NCBI GenBank assembly: GCA_035481425.1
Contig: DATIGS010000250.1
Span: forward strand, 7,775 to 71,774
Length of the DNA stretch: 64,000 bases
Reading direction: 5' to 3'
DNA from: Cellvibrio sp.
GTDB taxonomy: Bacteria; Pseudomonadota; Gammaproteobacteria; Pseudomonadales; Cellvibrionaceae
Both the position numbers and the translations under genes were made by a program. The number at the start of each line of letters is the position of its first letter. The first letter of the stretch is position 1. The notes beneath the pieces were generated by a model. The model ran no database searches. It was not told where the DNA came from and saw nothing but the letters and a program-made list of their open reading frames with translations. Below, in pieces: positions 1 through 7,575 of the stretch.

Positions 1-2
1 AT

Positions 3-1037
3 TACAACGGCGGTTTTGTGCTGCCTGCCGCTATCAACTACCACACCTATATCGCCTTTGCGCCGCGCGATGATCGCAACCTGCGCTTGGTGGCATACAA
101 CTTTGATAATGAGCTGGTGGTCATCGATCTCGATGCCGAGCAAGTGCACGACACCCGGGCCTCATGGAGCAACTATGTGCGCGGTGTAGTGCAAGAGATG
201 CGCAAGAAGGGTTTTAGCTTGGCCGGTGGCGATTTGTATATCGCCGGCGACCTGCATTCCGGCGCTGGCTTGAGCAGTTCTGCATCGCTTGAAATGGCAT
301 TGATCCGCGCCTTCACCTCACTGAGTGGAGAAGTGGTTGAACCAACCCGGGCGGCATTGATGGGGCAGGCGGCGGAAAACAATTTTGTTGGCTGCAATTG
401 CGGAATTATGGATCAGTTGATTTCGGCGCGCGGTCAGGAAAACGCCGCCTTGTTGATTGATTGCGAGGATCTGTCTACCCGCGCTGTGCCGGTTCCAGCT
501 GATTGGGAAATCCTGATTGTGCACAGTGGGGTTAAACGTGGCTTGGTGGATAGTGAGTACAACCAGCGTCGCCAACAATGCGAACAGGCAGCGGGATATT
601 TCGGCAAAAGCTCCCTGCGCGCGGTTGAGTTGGAGCAATTATTGGCAGCAGAAGGCAAGCTTGATGATTTGAGCTTCCGCCGCGCCCGTCATGTGCTCAC
701 CGAAAACCAGCGCACACTGGATGCTGCCACAGCTTTATCAGAGGCGAATCTGGCCGGTTTGATCAAGGTAATGGCTGAGTCACATGCGTCTATGCGCGAC
801 GACTTTAATATCACCGTACCGGCGATAGATACGCTGGTTAACATTTTAGCGGTGGCGGGAGATGGAAAAGCGGGCGCACGTATGACCGGTGGCGGGTTTG
901 GTGGCTGTGTGGTTGCGGTGGCGCCGGCCGATGTTATTCCGCAATTAATCGCGGCTGTAGAGCTGCATTACCAGGCGCAAACGGGTTGTGAACCAACCCT
1001 GATCCGCGCCAAAGCCAGTGCCGGTGCTTTTGCTTAG
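3..1037 (+). CDS. galK: Galactokinase (5' end outside the window)
   Basis: Frame open from base 3 (YNGGFVLPAAI, tail of the GEHTDYN motif); GAGLSSSA ATP motif, CGIMDQ, GARMTGGGFGGC. Confidence 0.95.
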   Translation, partial: YNGGFVLPAAINYHTYIAFAPRDDRNLRLVAYNFDNELVVIDLDAEQVHDTRASWSNYVRGVVQEMRKKGFSLAGGDLYIAGDLHSGAGLSSSASLEMALIRAFTSLSGEVVEPTRAALMGQAAENNFVGCNCGIMDQLISARGQENAALLIDCEDLSTRAVPVPADWEILIVHSGVKRGLVDSEYNQRRQQCEQAAGYFGKSSLRAVELEQLLAAEGKLDDLSFRRARHVLTENQRTLDAATALSEANLAGLIKVMAESHASMRDDFNITVPAIDTLVNILAVAGDGKAGARMTGGGFGGCVVAVAPADVIPQLIAAVELHYQAQTGCEPTLIRAKASAGAFA

Positions 1038-1076
1038 AAGTTGTAGTTTGTTGATGTAAGGTTCTTGTGTTGTCTT

Positions 1077-1103
1077 GCCCCGCCATGTGCGGGGTTTTTT
1101 ATT
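1077..1103 (+). terminator. Intrinsic terminator after galK
   Basis: CCCCGC-catgt-GCGGGG hairpin followed by TTTTTTATT. Confidence 0.8.
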
Positions 1104-1150
1104 AAGGGGAGAGTGGAGACGTTTCCGAGTAAGGAGAGTTGCAAAGGAGA

Positions 1151-1354
1151 TTAATGCCGGGTGTGGTCTGTGCTGCCAGAATCGCTCAAGAAAGCTTGGT
1201 AATCATCGGCGATCGTACGTTCTTCGGTACGGCGTTCAGTCGATTTTCGGCGTTTGCGGTGATAAAGATCCAATGGCATATTTTTGCAGGGGTCCCGATC
1301 CAAACGGCGGTCATGCCCCTTGCGGCGGTCGAAAAAAAACTTGTGGTCGCTCAT
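1151..1354 (-). CDS. Small charged hypothetical protein with repeated DRR/ERR motifs (67 aa)
   Basis: ATG at 1354 with GGAG upstream; MSDHKFFFDRRKGHDRRLDRD...STERR. Confidence 0.65.
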   Translation of the reverse strand: MSDHKFFFDRRKGHDRRLDRDPCKNMPLDLYHRKRRKSTERRTEERTIADDYQAFLSDSGSTDHTRH

Positions 1355-1542
1355 AGTCAGTGTTTCTGCTCCCGGTCTGTTTATCGTTAGAACCTTGAAT
1401 ACAACAGTCACTTATTTGTCCCAAGTCAACACAGTGTAGATCTTTGTCGCTAAAATGCGGCAAGTTTTTTTGCATGGGCCGGCATGCATGGATAGCGATC
1501 ATCTATGCATCGGCGATATTGCAACCCAGCCGAGGTGAACTC

Positions 1543-1866
1543 ATGAATCCTGTTGAAAGTCGTATCCACGCCAAGCTAGCTGCCGGTTTCCAGCCGGTGC
1601 ATCTGGATGTCATCAACGAAAGCTATATGCACTCGGTTCCGCCGGGCTCTGAAACCCATTTCAAAGTGGTTCTGGCGTCGGCCGCGTTTGCCGGGAAGCG
1701 CCAAGTACAGCGCCACCAAGCGGTTTATGCGTGTCTGGCAGAGGAGCTTCAATCCGGTGTCCATGCGCTGGCACTGCATACCTATAGTCCAGAGGAGTGG
1801 CAGGCTAATGCCCAGGTTCCTGCCTCGCCCCAGTGCTTGGGTGGCAGCAAACACGACCAGCAATAA
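1543..1866 (+). CDS. bolA: BolA family protein
   Basis: NESYMHSVPPGSETHFKVV, RHQAVY, VHALALHT, SPQCLGG; GAGG RBS before ATG 1543. Confidence 0.93.
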   Translation: MNPVESRIHAKLAAGFQPVHLDVINESYMHSVPPGSETHFKVVLASAAFAGKRQVQRHQAVYACLAEELQSGVHALALHTYSPEEWQANAQVPASPQCLGGSKHDQQ

Positions 1867-1893
1867 AGGCTGGTTGTGCAAAAACTAAACGCC

Positions 1894-1908
1894 TATAATG
1901 CGCGCCCT
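1894..1908 (+). promoter_or_regulatory. sigma70 -10 box with GC-rich discriminator upstream of trhO
   Basis: TATAAT followed by GCGCGCCC; no clear -35 box. Confidence 0.5.
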
Positions 1909-1972
1909 GTGCAAAACTGCTTGTTATCGAATACCCGAAAACTGATTACTGCTAACCCTTTAAGTGATGTTT

Positions 1973-2977
1973 ATGAGCCATATTGTTGTTGCCGCCCTCT
2001 ATAAATTCGTTAAGTTGCCCGATTACGAAACCCTGGTTCCGCGCCTGAAAGACTTGTGTGACCAGTTGGGGATCAAGGGGACTTTGCTGCTGGCGGAAGA
2101 AGGTATCAATGGCACTGTATCTGGCTCGCGTGAAGGCATTGATAGTTTGACCGCGTTTTTACGTGCAGACGGCCGTTTTGATAACCTGAGTTACAAAGAA
2201 TCCTTTTACGAGGAGCAACCTTTCTACCGGATGAAAGTGAAGCTTAAAAAGGAAATCGTCACCATGGGGGTGCATGGCATAGATCCGCAAAAAATTGTGG
2301 GGACCTATGTTAAGCCCAAAGACTGGAATGCACTGATCAGCGATCCTGATGTTTTGGTTGTCGATACCCGCAATTCATACGAATACGAGATAGGCACCTT
2401 CGAACGTGCCATTGATCCAAAAACAGAAACCTTCCGCGAATTTCCGGCGTATGTTGCGGAAAACCTGGATCCTGCCAAACATAAAAAAGTCGCGATGTTT
2501 TGCACTGGCGGCATTCGCTGCGAGAAATCCACTGCCTACTTAAAAGAGCAGGGGTTTGAAGAGGTTTATCACCTTGAAGGCGGCATCCTGAAATATCTCG
2601 AAGAAGTTCCGCAAGAAGAAAGTTTGTGGCGCGGCGAGTGTTTTGTATTTGATAACCGTGTGGCCGTGAATCATCAATTGGAAAAAGGTGTTTACGATCA
2701 ATGCCACGGATGCCGCTATCCCATCACTGAAGAAGACAAAGCGTCCGACCATTATATGTTGGGAGTTTGCTGTCCTCGTTGTTTCGATAAGTTGACCCCG
2801 GAACAAACGACCCGGTTTGCAGAGCGCCAGAAGCAAATCGAATTGGCCAAGCAGCGCAATCAAGGCCATATAGGTGTATTGCCGCCTGAGCGACAAGCCC
2901 GTCGTGCAGAAAAGCTGGAGCATCGTGAAGCGCAGCGTCGATTATCATTGGCGGCAGAGCTTGCTGCTAAACGTTGA
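1973..2977 (+). CDS. trhO: Rhodanese-domain tRNA uridine(34) hydroxylase TrhO/YceA
   Basis: [47 protein letters not shown]. Confidence 0.92.
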   Translation: MSHIVVAALYKFVKLPDYETLVPRLKDLCDQLGIKGTLLLAEEGINGTVSGSREGIDSLTAFLRADGRFDNLSYKESFYEEQPFYRMKVKLKKEIVTMGVHGIDPQKIVGTYVKPKDWNALISDPDVLVVDTRNSYEYEIGTFERAIDPKTETFREFPAYVAENLDPAKHKKVAMFCTGGIRCEKSTAYLKEQGFEEVYHLEGGILKYLEEVPQEESLWRGECFVFDNRVAVNHQLEKGVYDQCHGCRYPITEEDKASDHYMLGVCCPRCFDKLTPEQTTRFAERQKQIELAKQRNQGHIGVLPPERQARRAEKLEHREAQRRLSLAAELAAKR

Positions 2978-3058
2978 TACAAATAGTAATTAGCTATTTT
3001 GTCACACAATTACTTTATGCTTTAATGCGATTTCCATTTATAAATCTCTGTGGTACCT

Positions 3059-3397
3059 ATGAATTTTGATGATTGGACAGCTGATGTAGCTGCAGGCACG
3101 GCTACTCATGCCAGCGGATTTACTATTCGCATTGAGGGCAACCCTAAAGATCCTTCGGATGTGTATCCCGGAAAATTTCCTGAAGGTATGAGCTTTGTCG
3201 ACCAAGCGCGTTTGCTGCGTTCAGGGTTGGAGTTCTTGGCAAAGACCGGTGGTAGTGCTCCCAAATCATGGCAGTCCAGCCCGGTACAGGATGCAAAAAC
3301 CGAAGCCATCAAAGCCCGTGAAGAATTGGCAAAACGTTTTGCAGATCGACCAGACAAACCGCAGCGCTCCGTGCTTTCGTTGAAAAAGAATTCTTAA
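3059..3397 (+). CDS. Hypothetical protein
   Basis: Open frame filling the gap, ends at a terminator; C-terminal RSVLSLKK. Confidence 0.75.
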   Translation: MNFDDWTADVAAGTATHASGFTIRIEGNPKDPSDVYPGKFPEGMSFVDQARLLRSGLEFLAKTGGSAPKSWQSSPVQDAKTEAIKAREELAKRFADRPDKPQRSVLSLKKNS

Positions 3398-3419
3398 GTA
3401 GATGTGATCATTACAAATC

Positions 3420-3462
3420 CCCATAAAAAAACCGGCATATCAGCGCCGGTTTTTTTATGGGA
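3420..3462. terminator. Bidirectional intrinsic terminator
   Basis: CCCATAAAAAAACCGGC...GCCGGTTTTTTTATGGG inverted repeat between convergent genes. Confidence 0.85.
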
Positions 3463-3510
3463 GTTTTTTGAAGCCCGGGAGCGAAAATGAACTCCCGGGA
3501 GCAATCACAA

Positions 3511-4029
3511 TTACAGCAAGCCGCGACGCTGCAGCTCCAAATATTGCGCATCAACCAATTTGAATAAATCATCAAACTTACTTGCAGCAGGTGCGGTTAC
3601 CAATTCCAGGCTTTCCACATTGCCTTGCGGGCGCTTCATAATTTTTTCCAACTCATCAGCAGTGCCGCTCATCGCCGCAATAATTTTATCGGTGCTGTCT
3701 TTATCGCGGAAAATTCTGCCTTGGTCGGTCAACTGTAAATAGTTATCGCACTCTTGCAGCCAGTCTTTACGTTGCAAAATGAAATTGCGGATGTTCTTGG
3801 CTCCGCCGCGATGGCCTGTTGGCAATTGTTTTTCTTTATAGTTTTGCAGGCTCTTACGACCCTGGATTAAAAAATCGACACCGGTTGATTTGCAGTACTT
3901 CGCATTCAGGTAACTGGCAAATTTCACATTATTTGCTGCTTCTGCCTTGGCGCGTTTGCAGGCCTCATCACAACTGAAAGCAAATGACGATAGCGATAAT
4001 AGGGAAATAATTATTAGGATTTTTTTCAT
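3511..4029 (-). CDS. Secreted hypothetical protein (Sec signal peptide, four Cys)
   Basis: MKKILIIISLLSLSSFAFS signal; helical mature part starting CDEAC. Confidence 0.8.
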   Translation of the reverse strand: MKKILIIISLLSLSSFAFSCDEACKRAKAEAANNVKFASYLNAKYCKSTGVDFLIQGRKSLQNYKEKQLPTGHRGGAKNIRNFILQRKDWLQECDNYLQLTDQGRIFRDKDSTDKIIAAMSGTADELEKIMKRPQGNVESLELVTAPAASKFDDLFKLVDAQYLELQRRGLL

Positions 4030-4077
4030 GAAGGGCTCACCGATTATTAAAGTTATATGAAAGCTGATTTACTGCAC

Positions 4078-4093
4078 TGTGATATAAATCACT
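4078..4093. promoter_or_regulatory. CRP/Vfr-type binding site upstream of the secreted protein gene
   Basis: TGTGA-TATAAA-TCACT, 9/10 match to TGTGA-N6-TCACA. Confidence 0.55.
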
Positions 4094-4251
4094 TTTAAAG
4101 CAGCGTCAAGTATTGTAAATAAAATTAATTGTTTATATAACTTTCAGGACTAGATTTGGAAATTCACTGCGAATTTATAAATTTGAAAGGCTGTGTTTTC
4201 GCGAAAGGAAGTCGAGCTTGAAACAGTGATCGGGGAAGAGGAAAACGGGAG

Positions 4252-4281
4252 AAAATAGAAAAGGCAGCATTACGCTGCCTT
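4252..4281 (-). terminator. Intrinsic terminator after the fnr-DUF4202-sirB2 genes
   Basis: Minus strand AAGGCAGC-gtaat-GCTGCCTT then TTCTATTTT. Confidence 0.7.
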
Positions 4282-4305
4282 GATCGTTAACGGGGAGCTG
4301 AAATA

Positions 4306-4683
4306 TTAACCGAAGAAACCGAGCGGATTTTTGCTGATGGCGACGCTTACTATGTAAGCAAATACAATTAGGGCGCTAATCCATAGTAGTTTGCGTCCAG
4401 TAGGATTAGGTATTTTAAATGCGGCAACACCCAAACCAATATAAACCACCAAACCGATAATTTTCGCCATGATCCAAGGTTGGCTTCCCGGTGACATATT
4501 GAGTTCTACGGCGAGCACTATCCCGCTGGCTAATAAGATAGTACTAATTATGTGCGGCAGTATTTTTACCCATTTTTTGCTGAGCATACTGGAATTCATA
4601 AACAGCCATATTCCGCGCACAAAAAATGCGAGCAGTGACAGGGCTACAAAAGTGAGATGGATATGTTTGAGGGCTAGATACAC
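4306..4683 (-). CDS. SirB2/YchQ family inner-membrane protein
   Basis: MYLALKHIH, KILPH, WIMAKIIGLVVYIGLG; four hydrophobic helices; GTG start. Confidence 0.85.
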   Translation of the reverse strand: MYLALKHIHLTFVALSLLAFFVRGIWLFMNSSMLSKKWVKILPHIISTILLASGIVLAVELNMSPGSQPWIMAKIIGLVVYIGLGVAAFKIPNPTGRKLLWISALIVFAYIVSVAISKNPLGFFG

Positions 4684-4735
4684 AGTATGTTTTCCTTTTT
4701 ATCAATATGAAATTGTTTTGATATTGTGCGCCGCG

Positions 4736-5329
4736 TTACGCTGCACTGAGCGCTTTGCCAACCAAGCCAAGCATGGATTCAGATAAGGGAAGTTTTAATG
4801 CGGCCGCGTGGCCTTTTTCTGACATTTTATTCCAGGTTTTACGAATAATATCGATAAGTTTTTCCTCGTCATGCTTGCTGGCGAAATCCGCCAAATAAAA
4901 TTCAATAAATACCAGGCACACGACATCTTCCAGTGTTTGTACTTCTTCATCGCGTTTCAAGCTGCGTTTGAGCAGCAGGTCTTTCACGCGTGTAATCATA
5001 GCTTCGTCATAACCTTGCTGCGCCATGATATCGCCGGCAATTTCACCATGTAGCTGTGCTAAATCCAGCCGCCATTTTTTATAGCCACTGCGATCCATAG
5101 GATAATCGCTACGCGGAATTTTCCAGCGGCAAATATGTTGGCTACGTGAAGCCAGTTGCAATGCTTCTGATGGCGCTTCACAAAATTGATGAAGATGAGC
5201 GCTCATACGTTGGGCGTAAATCCATTCTTTGGCGACGGCTTTACCATCCACTATTTCTGTATTGGGATCTTGTAAATTGGCTGCATCAAATGCAGCGAGG
5301 GTTTTTTCCAAACGAGTTTGGTCGGTCAT
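4736..5329 (-). CDS. DUF4202 domain protein
   Basis: FDAANLQDP, RSQHICRW, PRSDYPMDRSGYKKWR, QTLEDVVCLVF, KTWNKMS. Confidence 0.85.
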   Translation of the reverse strand: MTDQTRLEKTLAAFDAANLQDPNTEIVDGKAVAKEWIYAQRMSAHLHQFCEAPSEALQLASRSQHICRWKIPRSDYPMDRSGYKKWRLDLAQLHGEIAGDIMAQQGYDEAMITRVKDLLLKRSLKRDEEVQTLEDVVCLVFIEFYLADFASKHDEEKLIDIIRKTWNKMSEKGHAAALKLPLSESMLGLVGKALSAA

Positions 5330-5358
5330 AGCGGTTGCTCAATAAACGTTATAGGAAA

Positions 5359-6117
5359 TCAGCAGTTCGCGTTGCCATTGGCAACTGCGCGCAACTGTTC
5401 CATGTTGGTAATCATGATTTCTTTTTTATCCACTGCAATTAAATCTTGTTTTTGCAAGCGGGTTAAAACGCGGCTGACGGTTTCTATCGTCAGGCCTAAA
5501 TAATTGCCAATGTCGGTGCGCGACATAGGTAAGCGGAATGCGTTTGCCGATAATTGGCGGCGACTATTGCGACTGGAAATACTCAGCAGCAACGCAGCGA
5601 TACGTTCCTCAGCGCTACTTTTACTTAACAGCGTAATGACTTGCTGGTCTTGTGTGATCTCGCGGCTCATCAATTGAAAAAAGTGACGCTGTAAATTGGG
5701 GATCTGCAAACTCAATTCTTCCATTCGCTCGAACGGAATTTCGCATACAGAGGAGGTCTCCAGCGCGATGACTGAATTGGTGTAAAGGTTGTCTGCAATA
5801 CCATCCATACCAACAACTTCGCCGGGCAAATAAAAACCGGTGACCTGTTCTTCGCCATTGTCACTCAGGGTGATGGCTTTTACGGCGCCGGAACGGATGG
5901 CATAGACAGAGCTGAATGGATCATTCGCGCGATACAAATAATCGCCTTTTTGTAGGGGTTTACCGCGTTGGACTATTCGATCAAGGCGGTCAATATCTTC
6001 AATGTGCAGGCTAATAGGCAGGCAAATTGTGTTTAACCGACAATTGCCGCAATTGACACGCTTATCGTGAGGACAGTTTGTATCCACAGTTTTGGCTATA
6101 GGTTGTTTTGCAGTCAT
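5359..6117 (-). CDS. fnr: Oxygen-sensing transcriptional regulator FNR/Anr
   Basis: CGNCRLNTIC cluster plus central SVCEIP Cys; HTH MSRTDIGNYLGLTIETVSR. Confidence 0.95.
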   Translation of the reverse strand: MTAKQPIAKTVDTNCPHDKRVNCGNCRLNTICLPISLHIEDIDRLDRIVQRGKPLQKGDYLYRANDPFSSVYAIRSGAVKAITLSDNGEEQVTGFYLPGEVVGMDGIADNLYTNSVIALETSSVCEIPFERMEELSLQIPNLQRHFFQLMSREITQDQQVITLLSKSSAEERIAALLLSISSRNSRRQLSANAFRLPMSRTDIGNYLGLTIETVSRVLTRLQKQDLIAVDKKEIMITNMEQLRAVANGNANC

Positions 6118-6261
6118 GAGCGTCTCGATAGCGGATGTCCCTGAAATATTGAGGGAAAATAGCTGAATAGAGTGATTGTTGCAGCTTTGGTGTAGGCGGT
6201 AAATAGTAGCTCACTGCATGATATTAATAAGATGGTTATCGATTGAGATGACGAGAGAGAC

Positions 6262-6287
6262 AAAAAATGGACCGGCGAACCGGCCCG
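6262..6287 (-). terminator. Intrinsic terminator about 145 nt upstream of the fnr start
   Basis: GGGCCGG-TTCG-CCGGTCC then ATTTTTT on the minus strand. Confidence 0.75.
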
Positions 6288-6353
6288 AAGGAGATTAACC
6301 GGATAGCCGGTTAAGCGAAGGATGAGAGCTGGTGATATGGATAGGCTTGATGT
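6262..6353 (-). ncRNA. Candidate small RNA or terminated leader upstream of fnr
   Basis: Two hairpins each preceded by UCCUUC, the last one a terminator; possible -10 TAGCAT at 6365-6360; 5' end is a guess. Confidence 0.5.
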
Positions 6354-6360
6354 TGATCTA
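6347..6360. promoter_or_regulatory. FNR-box-like site
   Basis: TTGAT-GTTG-ATCTA, 9/10 match to TTGAT-N4-ATCAA. Confidence 0.55.
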
Positions 6361-6453
6361 TGCTATCTGGCCGATCCTGTTTGCGGGAGTGACAAATTGC
6401 CGCAGGCGAAACCCTTATAACTAAAATCACTTGGAAGTGGTTGCAATAAAACC

Positions 6454-6482
6454 TTTACACGGGGCAGGGCGGATAATATATT
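6454..6482 (+). promoter_or_regulatory. sigma70 promoter of the cold-shock gene
   Basis: TTTACA-17 bp-TATATT; implies a 5' UTR of about 160 nt. Confidence 0.6.
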
Positions 6483-6649
6483 TGGCCTGCTGGTCCGTTC
6501 GCAGCATTATTTATGGTAAGTCACCTCGTTGTTCTAGCAGTACATCTATTAGCGCCGCGTTTTGTTTTTCATAAGTAACATCTGAATCCGCCAGCACAGC
6601 TCCACTTGGGGTATTCATTTTATTATTTATAAAAGCATCGAGGTTTATC

Positions 6650-6856
6650 ATGGCTAGAAGTACTGGTACCGTTAAATGGTTCAACGAATCTAAAGGTTTT
6701 GGTTTCATTGCAAGTGAAGCGGGTCAAGACGTGTTCGTTCACTACAGCGCTATCACTGGTTCAGGTTTTAAAACCCTGGCTGAAGGCCAAAAAGTAGAGT
6801 TCGACGTGAAGCCAGGCCAAAAAGGCCCACAAGCTGAAAACGTAATTGGTCTGTAA
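6650..6856 (+). CDS. cspA: Cold-shock protein (CspA family)
   Basis: [15 protein letters not shown] (RNP1), DVFVHYS (RNP2), KGPQAENV; exact paralogue uncertain. Confidence 0.93.
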   Translation: MARSTGTVKWFNESKGFGFIASEAGQDVFVHYSAITGSGFKTLAEGQKVEFDVKPGQKGPQAENVIGL

Positions 6857-6876
6857 TTGAATAAACAGCACCGATC

Positions 6877-6903
6877 AAAAAACCGCCCAAGAGGCGGTTT
6901 TTT
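6877..6903 (+). terminator. Intrinsic terminator after the cold-shock gene
   Basis: AAAAAACCGCC-caaga-GGCGGTTTTTT. Confidence 0.85.
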
Positions 6904-6990
6904 ATTATGTGTCCCTTTCGTAAGTAAGGAGATGTCCGTGGCAGCTAATATTGATAAATATCAGGCCTCCACACAGGTGCAACACAAGCA

Positions 6991-7575
6991 ATGAACTGGC
7001 TAGCTCATGCGTTCCTATCCAAGCGAAATATAGAATTCCGTATTGGCAATATATTGCCGGACTTGGTATCAATTTCTGAGGTGAGAAAATTTCCCGCAGC
7101 GTATCAGGAGGGTGTTCTCTGTCATCGTGTGATCGACCGCTTTACTGATGCGCATCCGATTGTGAAAGCTGGTATTAGCCGCATGCCGCCGGAATACAAA
7201 CGTTATGGCGGGGTGTTAACGGATGTATTCTATGATCACTTCCTCGCCAAACATTGGCCGAGTTTTTCCCCGGTGAGTTTACATAAATTCTCGCAACACT
7301 TTCATGAAGACTTGATCCTGATTAGCGATGAGCTACCGCGAGATATTTTTAACCATTTTCAGCGCATATTGAAAAACCGGCTTTTTGAAAGCTATCAACA
7401 TGTAGATGGGGTTGCGCTGGCTCTGCAGCGAATTGACGGCCGGCTGAAGCTGCCAGCCAATTTGGGTGCAGCAGTTGCGATACTGAATGAACAGTATGAG
7501 CTTTACGAAAACGAGTTCACCGAATTTTTCGCAGAGCTACGCGAGCACATAAAGCCTTATGTCGTGGAACCCTAG
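6991..7575 (+). CDS. acpH: Acyl carrier protein phosphodiesterase
   Basis: MNWLAHAFLS, GNILPD, HRVIDRFTDAHP, DVFYDHFLAKHW. Confidence 0.88.
   Translation: MNWLAHAFLSKRNIEFRIGNILPDLVSISEVRKFPAAYQEGVLCHRVIDRFTDAHPIVKAGISRMPPEYKRYGGVLTDVFYDHFLAKHWPSFSPVSLHKFSQHFHEDLILISDELPRDIFNHFQRILKNRLFESYQHVDGVALALQRIDGRLKLPANLGAAVAILNEQYELYENEFTEFFAELREHIKPYVVEP

Noticed and set aside
3474..3500. Second hairpin CCCGGGAG...CTCCCGGG near the bidirectional terminator
   Set aside because: Single copy seen in the window; cannot support a REP family or a function.
6266..6345. Plus-strand RsmY/CsrB-like RNA (several GGA motifs)
   Set aside because: The terminator points to the minus strand and the GGAs mostly do not sit in hairpin loops; the minus-strand reading fits better.
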